Below are positions 26,671-39,195 of a DNA stretch of 64,000 nucleotides, in pieces. Made by a program: the position numbers and the translations under genes. Each line of letters begins with the position of its first letter. Positions within the stretch are counted from its first letter, which is position 1. Where the stretch lies: NCBI GenBank assembly GCA_030264375.1, contig JASCQW010000098.1, positions 41,869,178-41,933,177 on the forward strand, given 5' to 3'. The notes under the pieces were generated by a model that was not told the DNA's origin, ran no database searches, and saw only the letters and a list, made by a program, of their open reading frames with translations. The DNA comes from Carcharhinus longimanus. Taxonomy: Eukaryota.

Positions 26671-28914
26671 GGTTTATAATCAACAAAGTAAGTTTATTAA
26701 AAATAAGAGATTAGCAGTAGCAATTAAATAATGCAGCATATTACAAGGGTTCATTGCTTCTTGAATATGGAAAGTAACAAAGACTCACAATCCTGCATTA
26801 AAATGCTTCTTAAGGTTTTTAGATAGGAGGTTAGTCCCAATGAGGTAGCATATTGTAATAAATAATTAAAAACGGAAAAAAAGTGTTGCATCTATCTCAA
26901 ATATTACTGAATGTAAATGACCAAACTAAGAAAATCTGGAGTGGAATTAAGTTAAGTAGGTAAAATGTTTATTACTCGTACTCTTATATTGACAAATAAC
27001 AGATGGAAGTCAGAGAATGAAAGGATCAGATGGTGACTTTAGTTTTCCACCATGCAAAAAATCGTATTTGTGCGAAAATGTCTATGTTCATATCAAAAAT
27101 TAATAAAAGGAGAATAACTTGTATTAATATAATGAATTTTACAAACTTGGGATGTTCCATAGTCATTACAGTCAAATACAAATAAGTACTTTTGAAGTGT
27201 GGTGATGTGTGAATTTTAATATTAATTAAAGCCTTGTTAATCAATTTTAGTGTTGATTGACTTATCATTCAGTGCAATAAACTTTCCACTTTGGCTATTG
27301 CACCTGAGTCAGGTTGTAAGTTATTCGTCTCTAATGTCAGCAATCTCATTGAAATTGAGGGGAAGGAAACACTGCAGGATTCATAAAACAATCATATGTA
27401 CCTGCATCAATACACTCTCTGTAACAGATAATGGACCAAGAAGCAGTCACCTTTATCTAGTGGAAGATCAGTGAAAAGGCTGAAACTTTTCAGGGAATTT
27501 TGGTAGAGACTGGGAATCCTACTCTCACAAAACCAAATTAAAATGAATCTGCAATAAAACCATTCCAATTTCTTCAGCTTGAAAGGGCTGTAGGGAAAGA
27601 TTAATGGAGTGGGACTAATTGGATAGCTCTTTCAAAGATCAGGCAGCTGCATGATGGACTGAATGGCTTCTTTCTGTATTTTATGATCCTGATATTCAAT
27701 ACTAGGGAAGTGCAACTTGTTAAATCCAGATGAATTTACAGAGAGTGCTCATGGACAGGATTGCATTTTCTAATTTATTGCTAGTTTCTAATTGACTGAA
27801 ACTGTTCAACTAAAGTTCAATCTCCTCAACAGCAAGAGACAAAAATGTGTTCAATGCACCAAGGAAGTTCAAGTTAAAGTGACTAAACGCCTTACGATAC
27901 ACCGTCATAAATCAATTCTTTATTTTTTTGTACAATTTAGTAGCAATAATTTCAGTTGATTCTGAACAGGTTTGGCTTTTAATTACCACACAAAATCAAT
28001 AATTTAAAGCTTTGTTTGATTGGTATAATAAACAGATCTGATACCGTCTGGTGTTTATCCTGGGGATTATAGTGAATACAGAAATATTTTTAAAATTTCT
28101 GTGGGGAGTCTGGGGAACAATTGAATAGAAAGGTCAGAATTACAGACAATGGAATTGCCTTGGAGAGGCTTTCACAGAGAGCAGCATCACTGCTGATAAT
28201 CTGTGCAGACCTGTTGTGCAGTAAGTCCTGTTATACGCAAAGGCTGACATAAAGATTCAAGATGCAACTTTAATGAGTTTTTAAAAAATCTTGCTTCCAG
28301 AATACTAGAGATATCTATTCAGTCAATTCTGCATCAGAAAATGCTAGAAAAAATAAATGGGCATGTTGCATCTGAAATTACTTTAAATTATTGATTGTGC
28401 AGACAAGCAAGTTATTCCTATCAGTGGCTGAGTGATCACATTTCCTGATCCCTTTTATACATCTGTCGGTTTAATGGAAAGCTCCAAAACAAACGTCGAT
28501 CAAACAAAGACAGATATTACATTACACAGGGTTTAGGAGAACGGATTCATTGTCAACACTGTGACCTTTTCAGTTTCAGGTTGTGGTCTTAATAGAGAAA
28601 AAATGATTCTGTTTTGAATGGCACCTCCATAATCTATATTGCAACAGTTTGTCCCTGTTAAATGACACTTTCACTTATGTGTCCATTGAGTATGAATTGA
28701 TAGACTATTATTTAGAATTTCTTAACCATTTATGCATTAACCTCTTTTATGAAACAGTCTTTTGGACTCATGTTCATCCATGCACTTTAAGAAAGGAGGA
28801 AACTTCCATTTATTTTGCACATTTCATAACCCCAAAGCATTTTACACCCAATAGATACTTTTGAAGTGCGTCACTTTTGTAATTTAGGAAACATGGCAAA
28901 CTAAAAATGAGATG

Positions 28915-31110
28915 ACAGCCTGGTGAGGCTACAACACAAGACTACACGTGTGCTGAACAGTGGAAGCAGCACATGATAGACAGAGCAAAGTGATCCAATC
29001 AATGGATCGGATCAAATGTCTGCAGTCCTGCGTCATCCTGTCATGAATGGTGGACAATTAAACAATTAACAGAAAGAGACTCAATAAGCATCCATCCTCA
29101 ATGATGGAAAAGCCCAGCATATAAGTGCAAAAGACAAGGCTGAAGCATTTACAAACATCCTCAGCCAAAAATGCCAAGTGACTGATCAGTCCTGGCCTCC
29201 TCCTGAAGACTGCGACATTGAAAGATGCCAGGCTTAAACCAATTAAATTCACCCTACATGATATCAAGAAACAGCTGAGTACACTGAATATGCAAAGTTT
29301 TTGGACCCTGACAACATCTTAACTGTGGTACCGAAGACCTGTGTCCCAGAACTAGTCCTTAGTCAAGTGGTTTGAATACAGATACAAGACTAATGTTTAC
29401 CTGTCCAAGTGGAAAATTGTCAGGCCAAAAATAAATGGAAAAATTCAATCCATCCAAATGGTCGAGAGCATCAAGTTTCTAGCTGTCCAGATGATCAACA
29501 ACCTGTCCTGGTCCCTCCATGCTGATGCTATAGTTAAGAAAGCCCACCATCATCTTTACATTGTCAGAAGGCTAAGGAAATTCTGCATGTCTGCTATGAC
29601 TCTCATCAACTTTTACAGATGAACCATAGAAAGCATTCTTTCTGGTTGTATCACAGCTTGGTATGACTCCTGCTCTGCCCAAAACTGCAGGAAACTGCAA
29701 AGGGTTGTGAATGTAGCCCAGTGCATCATGCAAACCAGCCTCCCATCCACTGACTGTGTCTACACTTTTTGCCATCTTGGAAAAGCAGTCAACATAATTA
29801 AGGACTCCATGCACCCTGGACATACTTCCTTCCACCTTCTACCGTTGGGAAAAAGATACAGAAGTCTGAGGTCAACTGACCAACTGACTCAAGAACAGCT
29901 TCTTTCCTGCTGCCATTAAACATTTGAATAGACCTATCATATATTAAGATGATCTTTTTCTCTATCCTACAATGATTGTAACATTGCATTCTGCCCCCTC
30001 TCCTTTCCTTCTCTATGAACATTATGCTTTGTCTGTATAGAGCGCAAGAAACAATACTTTTCACTCTATACTAAAACATGTGATAATAATTAAAAAAACA
30101 AATTAAATCATCCAATTCCTATCCCTCCACTAAATCTCAATCATCAGTAAAGTGATTGAAGGTGCCATCAGTAGGGCTATCATGTGACATGTACTCAGTA
30201 AGATCCTGTTCTTGTCCACTGATGCTCAACTCCAATCTATTACAGCCTTTGTCCAAATATAGATAGAAATATTCAGTTCCAGAGATGAGATGCAAGTGAT
30301 TGTCTATGACAACAAACCAATTTTTGACCATATTTGGTATCAACACACCTTAATAAAATTGAAGTCAATGGGAATCAGGTTAAAAACTCACCATTGGTTG
30401 GAGTCATACTAGCAGGAAGGAAGGTGGTTATGATTGTTGGAGGCAAATCATTTCAGCCCCAACCATTTCAGTTGCTTCATCATTGGCCTTCCCACCATCA
30501 CAAGAAGAGATGAGATGGGAAGATATTTGCTGATGATTGCACAGAATTCAGTACTATTTGCAATATCTCAGATAATAAAGCAGTCTGTGTCCACATTAGC
30601 AAGACCTAGACAACATTCATGCTTGGTTTAATAAGAAGCAAGTAACATCTGGGCCACGCAAGTGCCAGAAAATGTCCATCTCCAAAGAGAAGGGATCTAA
30701 CCACCTCCCTGTGAGATCCAATGGCAATGTGGCAATACAATCACTGAACCAACTCACTCTCCCCCCCACCCACCCCATCCACTATCACCATCAATGCCCT
30801 GGGGGATGGCGGCGGGCGGTGGGGGGCATCAGCGACCATTAAATTTTACTTGACCAAGCACATAAGTACTTTGTGGGTATGAGAACAAGTCAGAGACTGA
30901 GTAGTCTGAGGAGAGTAGCTCAGCCCCTGATTCCCCAAAACCTCCCAATCTATAAGACACATGTCAGGAGTGTGATGGAATACTCTCCACTTGCTTGGAT
31001 GACTGCAGCTCCAACAACACTCAAGAAGCTCAACACCATCCAGGACAAAGCAAGGGCAGTTAGTAATGGGCAATAAATTCTGGCCTTGCCTACTTCCCAT
31101 GAATAGACTA
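28915..31110 (+). mobile_element. CR1-group LINE ORF2 remnant split by a nested Rex-Babar insertion
   Basis: Decayed WKI, SIISKV, FADD (atttgctgatgattgc) and IYKTHVRSVMEYSPLAWMTAAPTTLKKLNTIQDKA motifs on both sides of the insert. Confidence 0.75.
29458..30108 (+). mobile_element. Rex1/Babar LINE 3' end
   Basis: Translates VESIKFL..INNLSWS...IVKKAH...RRLRKF...NFYR*TIESILSGCITAWY, then a 3' UTR and tail, flanked by the direct repeat catccaa. Confidence 0.8.
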
Positions 31111-32439
31111 AAATAAGTCAATTTGCACACTGCACACTCCCACAAACAATAGTCAAATAAATTATGAGAAATATGTTTTAGTGATGTCCTTTGAGAAATA
31201 AATAAAGTATAATTTTGGAACTTGTGCACAAGTCTCCAATGTGGGCTGTGAACCCACACCCTTCAGATTCAAATGCAGCATTGCTACAACTGAGTCGGGG
31301 CTGCTCTTACAACCATGTATTCTTGGACACATGGGTCAATGCAACCCATTTTACAGAATTGTGAAGTGCTACCCTCATGATAAAGTTTGAAGAAAATGCG
31401 TCAATAATTAGTTAGACAGAGGTACCTGCATTTTAAGTTAACTGATGGAACATAACATATTTTCTTGTTACAGTGAAAATGCAGTGAAGCATCCAGAGTA
31501 CATGAAAGCAAGGACCAGTTGAGTTCTAACGCTACGATAAACATAAGCATTGGTTTGGAAAAAAAATCTATCTATGCATAAATTGTATTTAGCTGTGAAT
31601 AGCTCCTTGTTGGCAATGAATTTGCAGTGTATCTTCAAAAGTGGTACTGCTCAAACCTCATCAATATTCTGATGAGAAATAGCATGGGAACATCTGCTTG
31701 TGATCTCTCAGGGGATTTCAGTATTATATAAACTGACACTGAAACTCACTGACTCATTTGGGGAGCTGGGGAAAGTTCAACTAAAAATAAATCATTTATA
31801 TCAATTGCAGTTTCATCAAGTGTCAACATTGGTTTGGCATTAAATGTGTGGCAACATGTACCAAAATGACACAATCTCAACTCCACTTTATAAAGGACCA
31901 ATCCAAAGATGGAGTTTAGAGAAGTGAGCAGGTTTTGCACATGAGCAGGAATTATAATTGATGGACTCACAATGTTCAAAGATTGTACCTTGTTTTAAAA
32001 ATGTACTACTAGGGGTACTGAGGAGTCAAGAGACAGAGAAAATCTCTTCTCCAGCATCAGAAGAAAGAAACCTACTGCTGATACAAAGAAGGCTTGGCTG
32101 GATGTGGAAGTTAAGAGCAAGAGCATTGTGCCACACTGCATGATTCAGTTTAGAAGACGCTTGGGTGACCTAACCAGGTTCGGAACAGTGACCATTCACC
32201 TACTTCTTGTTGTGCGTATCTCTTACTCTGCCTTGTCAAGCTTACTCCAACACATCACTCATCATACCCACTTACCTTTACAAGAGTGCCTATCTATCAT
32301 TTTCTATGCATTCCCTCACATTCCCACCACTGCCTCTCATCCTAATCATTTACACAATTTGATGCATTCCTCTGATAGTCACTTTCATCCAATGCAGTGG
32401 ATGTGTCAGATGCAAAGGTCCCAATACAGAAACATACAA

Positions 32440-32665
32440 AAGTTTAACATAAAAGTCTGTGATCATGTACCAAACAACTCAAGAACAACTTCTTCCCTGC
32501 TGCCATCAGACTTTTGAATAAGTTAATCTTTCTCTACATGCTAACTGACTGTAACACCATATTCTGCACCTTCTCCCCTATCTATTCTATGAAGAGTATG
32601 TTTTATCTGTACAGTGTGCAAGAAACAATACTTTTCACTGTATGAGTCAATAATAAATCAAATCA
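32440..32665 (+). mobile_element. Rex-Babar LINE 3' UTR fragment (another, minus strand, at ~59325-59460)
   Basis: Similar to 29860-30095 (ctcaagaacaacttcttccctgctgccatcagacttttgaata...caagaaacaatacttttcactgtat). Confidence 0.65.
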
Positions 32666-33789
32666 TATGGGGATTCCCTTCTCAGAGTGAAAAATACATG
32701 AGAGAAGAAGAAAGCTGGAAGTTGTCTTCCACAGATGTCATAGCTGACAACTGCAGAGGAGGAAGTGCTGAAGCTCAATGGTGTTACAGTGATATGGACA
32801 TCTTTCAGCTGCCTGGTGACACAATAAATGTATTGACTAAGATGTTATACAATATGCCATTATGGTGACTTGATTTCAGCATCGAGTTAAATATGGCGCT
32901 TTTCATAATGAAATGTTGCAACACTCAGGACTAATTCACATTCATTCTTTCTGACTTGGCCTTCATGCGATCAGTGGATAACATGGCCAATGGGTCCTCG
33001 GTAGATTTGATTCCAGGGTACACATTGCAACACTCATATTGACCATGCAGCAGTGTAGCTACTCACACTTCTGTGGCTCCAGTTTGACAGATAGATGGGT
33101 CTCACTGGGTAATGCACAGATCACAAGTGCGCGAGAGTAGGCGATGGAGGTCGGAATAGCTGGAGGGAATGTGCACCCGAAGTGTAGATTCTGGATGTCA
33201 ACAGATCTTTTGCCTTAAAAGAATGACAGTTCAGTCTTTGCCTTACAGTGTGTCACTGATCTGCACCTCATTGTTCTCCAGTACAATGGTAGGAATGTGG
33301 TGTGGATAGCCCATGACAGGAATGATTGGAAAATGGGATATGGAAGTAGGAACTTGGCTCATGGTGCTTCTACGTCTCACCCATTGCCCTGCACAGACCC
33401 TCAGTCAGTATCTGACATGCCACCTTGTTTCCTGATAGCCAAGTCTGCCATTGTATAAGTGAAGTGAAGTGAAGTGTTGGAGGCTGTAAGGTATGGTCTA
33501 AGAGCATCTCGGCATTTAAAGCAAGGATTGTTGTAGCATATTTCTAATTCTGCTTAAGCCACAGGGATTGCACCATTTGAAGTGGTAGGAAAAGGAATGG
33601 CAAAGCTCTGTAGTTGAACAAGAGTGTGCAAATGGGTAGATAATATGCTGGATATAACAGGCTCCCCTGCCTTCAATCTCAGACATGTGAATCAGTATTC
33701 AGACTGAGAGAGGTGAGGCTCAACAAAAAAGCCAAGAAACAAACAAAACATGATGAAGGGAAACCACCAGCAAATAACAATTATTTATG

Positions 33790-34395
33790 TAATGGAATCA
33801 CTGCTTCTTTACAGCACAGAAGAAGGCAATTTGTCCAATGAGTCTGCACTGGCTCTCTGAAAGAGTATGTTACCTGTCTCACTCTTTGCTTTATCCCCAT
33901 AATCTTGCACATCCTTTCTTTGCAGAAAGCAATCCAATTCCATTTTGAATGCTTCGATTGAATCAGCCACCACCATGCTTTCAGGAAGTTCATTCCGGAC
34001 GCCAATTACTCTTAGTTGAAAAATTAGTCCTCACATTACTTTTAGTCCTTTTGCCAATTAGTTTGAATCAGTTCTTTCTAGTTCCTGATGCTTTCTTGAG
34101 TGGGATTGGTTTATCACTATTTTCCCTTTCCATACCCTCCTGGATCATGAATACCTCTATTAAGTCTCCCCTCAGCCTTCTTTTCTTCAAGAGAAACAGT
34201 TCCAACCTCTCCAATTAATCCTCATGGCTACAGTTCTTTATCACTGGAAGTATTCTTGGGAATTTCCCCTGTATTCTTTCCAATGCATTTATACTCTTCC
34301 TCAAGTATAGATGCTTCCTCAGGCTAGATGCAGTACTCCAGATGAAGCCAAATGAGAATGAGATCTTATACAGGTTCAACATGACTGTTGAATTC
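33790..34395 (-). mobile_element. CR1 LINE 3' end
   Basis: Minus-strand MLNLYK...LRKSINALERIQGKFPRILP followed by a CR1-type 3' UTR. Confidence 0.75.
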
Positions 34396-34424
34396 AATGT
34401 AAATCAAAACAAAGTTGACATTTC

Positions 34425-35160
34425 GATTTAGATTTATTGTCACATGTACTGAGATACAGTGAAAAGTAGTGTTTTGCGTGCTATCCATATTAATCACACC
34501 ATACATAAATACACCAGAGTAATAGAACAGAGGACATAATGTATTATTACAGCTACAGAGAAGGTGCTTAAAAGATCAGTTTGGTATTTGAGATGTCCAT
34601 TCAAAAGCGGAAAAGAAGCTGTTCTTGAGTCTGTTTTCAAGCTTTTGTATCTTCTGCCTGACGGAAGAGGGTGGAAGAGAGTATTATTTGGGTGGAAGAA
34701 GTCTTTATGTTGCTGCTTTCCCGAGACAGCAGGAAGTATAGACGGAACCAATGGATGGAAGATTTGTGTGATGGACTGGGCTGACTATTAACAACTTATA
34801 TAGTTGCACTACAGAAAGCATCCTTTCTGGATGCATCACAATTTGGTATGGCAACTGCTCAGCGCAACACTGGAACAAATTATAGTTTACACTCTGTAAT
34901 TTGTTCCAGTTTGGGCTGAGCAGTTGCCGTACCAAGCTGAGATGCATCGAGTCAGGATGTTTTCTATAGTGCATCTATGGGAGTTGTTAAGAGTCATTGT
35001 AGACATGCCAAATTTCCTATGTCTTCTGAGGAAATAAAGGCATTGGTGTGCTTTCTTAACTGTAGCATCTGCATGGGTGGACTAGGGCACATTGTTGGTG
35101 ACCTTTACTCCTAGGAACTTGAAACTTTTGACCATTTCCACCCAGGCGCCATTGATACAG
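34425..35160 (-). mobile_element. Rex-Babar LINE 3' portion with an internal fold-back duplication
   Basis: Reverse-complement similarity to 29458-30108; inverted arms at 34788-34882 and 34897-34990. Confidence 0.75.
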
Positions 35161-35169
35161 ATAGGAACA

Positions 35170-35682
35170 TTTTAGAAGCTATCACCTCTCTGGTAATCCC
35201 ATTAATAATCAGGGAGCCATAGACAAACAGCTCAATGCAAGAATAAGTAAAGCATTATCAGCTTTCAACCAACTGGAAGAACCTGAGAACCTGCTAAGAA
35301 ATAAAACTTCCACACCATCTTTGATACCAGATGTCTTCAAGGGATTCTAGACATCCATTGATGGGATTTTACATTCAGTTTTGAGATAAGAAAACAGTCA
35401 GAAAACCTTAGGTTTTCTCCATCAGCTGTAAAAGATGGCTCCGCTGGCTTTGTCACGTCACTCAGCTTCTGTCATCATGCTCTGCCCACCAGGTGGGTTC
35501 CTACTGGATGTAGAAGAAGAACGTGACTCAAGATGAACTGGCCTGAAGCTGTCCGTGCAGATCTCCAGCTATTCAACAGCTGTTGAAGCAACACAAGAAC
35601 GTTAGCTGTGGACTGGAGAGAATGAAATGCTTTGTCTGCCTCATGCATCTGTAGACATGGGAGCGACTAAATCTCAGTCAGT
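35170..35682 (+). mobile_element. RTE LINE 3' end
   Basis: Decayed motifs LNARISKALSAF and WLRWLCHV, ending in a gactaaatctcagtcagt tail. Confidence 0.55.
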
Positions 35683-35729
35683 ACATATCAATGTTTTTTT
35701 TGTGAAGTTAAACAATATTTGCGTTTATA

Positions 35730-36250
35730 TAGAGTCATAGTCATAGAGATTTATAGCATGGAAACAGGCCCTTCAGCCCAACTTGTCCGTGCTGCCTTTC
35801 TTTTAACCACTAAGTCCCAATTGCCCTCATTTGATTCATATCCCTCTTTTCCACTTTATCCATGTAACTGTCCAAATGCTTTTTGAAAGACAATATTGAA
35901 CCCTTCTCTACTACTGCCTCTGGCAGCTCATTCCAAACACTCACCGCCCTCTGTGTGAAAAACTTGCCCCTCTCGACCCTTTTGTTTCTCTCCCCTCTCA
36001 CCTTAAATTTATGCTCACTAGTTTTAGACTCCCCCACCTTTGGGAAATGATGTTGACTATCTACCTTATTTATACCCCTCATTATTTTATAGACCTCTAT
36101 AATATCACCTCTCAGCCTCCTACGTTCCAGAGAAAATAGTCCCAGTCTATCCAGTTCAAACTCAAACCATCAAGTCCCGGCAGCATTCTAGTGAATCTTT
36201 TCTACAATCTTCCCGGTTTAACAGTATTCATTCAATAATAGGGTGACCAT
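35730..36250 (-). mobile_element. CR1 LINE 3' end
   Basis: MRGINKVDSQHHFPKVGESKTSEHKFKVRGER...FFTQRAVSVWNELPEAVVE, then a 3' UTR with a (ctatga)n tail. Confidence 0.88.
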
Positions 36251-37475
36251 ATAGCTTTTCATGACCTCAGGATTTCCCAGAGCACTTCATGAACAACAAA
36301 CTACATGCTTTGAGTTATAGCTACTGTCGTGATATACAATCACAAATAACAATGGAAAAATGACCAGTTGCTCCCTTTAATGTGTTGTTAGTTTGAGGGA
36401 GAAATGTTAATCCCACCCCATCTGTGAATAGAACATTGAGCATACAGCTGAAATGGCAGATGGGGCCTTGGTTTAACATCTCATTGAAGAGTCACATCTC
36501 TGAGAGTACATGACTCTCAGTACCACTCTTGAGACATTGACTCAGATTACTTATTCATGAAGGTTTTTCTCCAGTTCTATAGAAACTCATCAACATCATT
36601 GTGAAACTGGGCACTGCCTTACAAATGTCCTTCTTCATCTCTTTTATAATCCTAGAACATTATATGATCTGAGCTAGGGTACATTTTAAGTTAATTAATT
36701 CCCTTTTAACTTATCAGATCAATTACATTCACTTCAAAATCCTGCAGTAAACAGGTGCAGTACATAATAATCAATTTTGTATTACCTGCATTGATGAATA
36801 TTTCTGGAAATATGTGAACTTTTATTAAGTTTTTTTCACTTTTGTAGAATCTTCTGTTGCTTGTCTTTACTAATGAGCAAAATGGCGACAGTAAACAATA
36901 TAGACTGGTCACCTGTGTGTGTTTGTGTTTTCAAGTTTAAGGCCTTGTCTTAGATATTAGATTCGGTACAATGCCAGTAATCAATCCTTTGATCACTCTG
37001 GAAGTTTATTGTCCCAATATCTAGCTGTGCGGCTTCATACTCAAGGATGCAATAGCAGCATTCTTTTGTGACCTCAATGAAATGTGCGTGCCCTTTCCTC
37101 ACCTCCCCTTCAATATTCTCGAAGGTAGCTTGGGAATATGCTAGTTAATGGCTCTTCAAATTCATCCATAGTTGACTTTTAACATTCGGACAGCCGACAG
37201 CCTATCCATTCTGGCAGCTTACAAGCATAAATGATTTGAGGGTGATGTTTCAGTGAAACTAGCATCCTGTCACAAATTGACTTGAAGTCGGCACCCAGAG
37301 GTTGCCAGCTGACAGCATAGTCTTGGTGGGGGTTATGTCACATTAGCAATGCTAGAGGAGGGAGGTGAAAGAAGTCCGGGTTGACAGCGGCTCAGATTCA
37401 TTTTGTAAAGACTGGAGAAACATTCCTGCCTTTCTCAGCCCCACAAAAATAATTTCTCTTTTCTCCAGCATCAAT

Positions 37476-38022
37476 GCATCAGTTGTATAAAATGTTGGTT
37501 AGGCCACATTGGGAATACTGTGTCCAATTCTGGTCAACACACGACCAGAAGACATGCAGGCTTTGGAGAGAGTGCAGAAAAGGTTTACCGAGATATTGCC
37601 TGGTACAGAGGGTACTAGCTACAAGGCAAGATTGAATAAACTGGGATTGTTCTCTCTTGAAAGGCAGAGGCTGAGGGGCGACCTGAAAGAAGTTTATAAA
37701 ATTATGAGAGGTATAGAAAGGGGAACAGTTGGAAACTTTTTCCCAGAGCACAAATGACAATTACAAGGGAGCACAAGTTCAAGATAAGGGGGGAAAGGTT
37801 CAGTGGAGATGTACAGAGGAAGTTTTTTACACAAAGAGTGGTGGGGGCCTGGAATGCACTGCCAGGTAACGTGGATGAGGTAGTTACGTTAGCCACATTT
37901 AAGACTTATCTGAATAGACAAACAGGGAATAGAGGAAGAAAAGCAATTGGTCTAGATAGATTAAAGCAGGCTGGGAGGGCCGATGGGCCTGTTCCTGTGC
38001 TGTACTGTTCTTTGTTCTTTTT
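37476..38022 (+). mobile_element. CR1 LINE 3' end
   Basis: LYKMLVRPHWEYCVQFWS; DMQALERVQKRFTEILPG...LGLFSLERQRLRGDLKEVYKIMRG; FFTQRVVGAWNALP; (tgttctt)n tail. Confidence 0.9.
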
Positions 38023-38654
38023 TATTCTAGTTCAGTCCTAAAATGGCAGGTATAAAATATTTTATCTTGATTCTTCAAAATGTCTCTAAAGATCTCACTT
38101 AAAAAGAAACAAATAAAGTAAGTTCTGTAATTTCTTAGGGATTTGGAGATTTCATATGAGGGATGACATTCAAAGGAAATTGCTGATTTACTGTAATAAC
38201 ATATTAAGGTTCTCTGCTCTTATTTTTTTGACTTCTTTTCATGAATTGAACAATGTATCAGTTCCTACTGTGTCATCATCTCTGAGTGTTTACATTTAAT
38301 AACATTATGAGTTCCTTGCTGAAACCTTTTGACATGGGCTCAAATGTTTCTCATACATTAGGATGAAAACGAAAAACAGAACAAAAACTGAATGCAGTCA
38401 ATATGAGCATGCAAATATCCAATTGTTTTTGTATGAAATTTCCTGTCTATTTTATCATATTTTGATAAAACTCTTAACCTGTCAATGCCAGCATTAAAAA
38501 AGGAAACAAGATTATTTTGTATGAATATGCAAAAGTGCTCCCATTATATAATCACAAAGTGTGACTTACTCCATTTGCATAATACAATCTTGTGAGAAAG
38601 TTCAAAGAAAATTTTAGCTGAACATAAAAAATAATGAATATATATGTTGTAGTT

Positions 38655-39195
38655 GTGCTGTAGCTCTCTCTTCTCTGAGGGGTCATTAGTCTCAATCTAG
38701 AGATTCAAACATATAATCCAGACTGAAATTTCAGTGCAGTACTGAAAGAGTGCTTAATTGTTGGAGATTCCAGCCGAAATTTACCAGCTCACCCCGNNNN
38801 NNNNNNAATCACTTGCAGAATGGAATTCGCCATTAGCCTTGGGCGGGATTTTACGAGCCTTGCCTGAGCAAGCTTGTAAAATACTGGCCACCATCTTTTG
38901 GATAAGATGTTAAACTGAGGCCAGGCCTTCTCTCTCAAGTGAATGCAAAATATTCCAAGACACTATTTCAAAGAAGAAGGGACTTCTCCTAGCTCCCAGG
39001 CCAACATTTATTTCTCAACTTACATCAAGAAAGCAGATTATCTGGTCATTATCACATTGCTATCTGTGGAAGTTTGCTGCCACAGTTTGGCTGCTACATT
39101 TCCCACATTATAACACTGTAGTGTCAGACACCTTCATGGCTATAAAGTGTCATTTGACATTCTGAGGTCGTAAAAGATGTTTATGGTGTACAGAA
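38655..39195 (+). mobile_element. Deu-domain SINE with a nested MITE (~38772-38890)
   Basis: SINE sequence breaks at gttggagattcc and resumes at atcttttggataagatgttaaactgagg, then the Deu core ...ggccaacatttatttctcaac. Confidence 0.7.
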
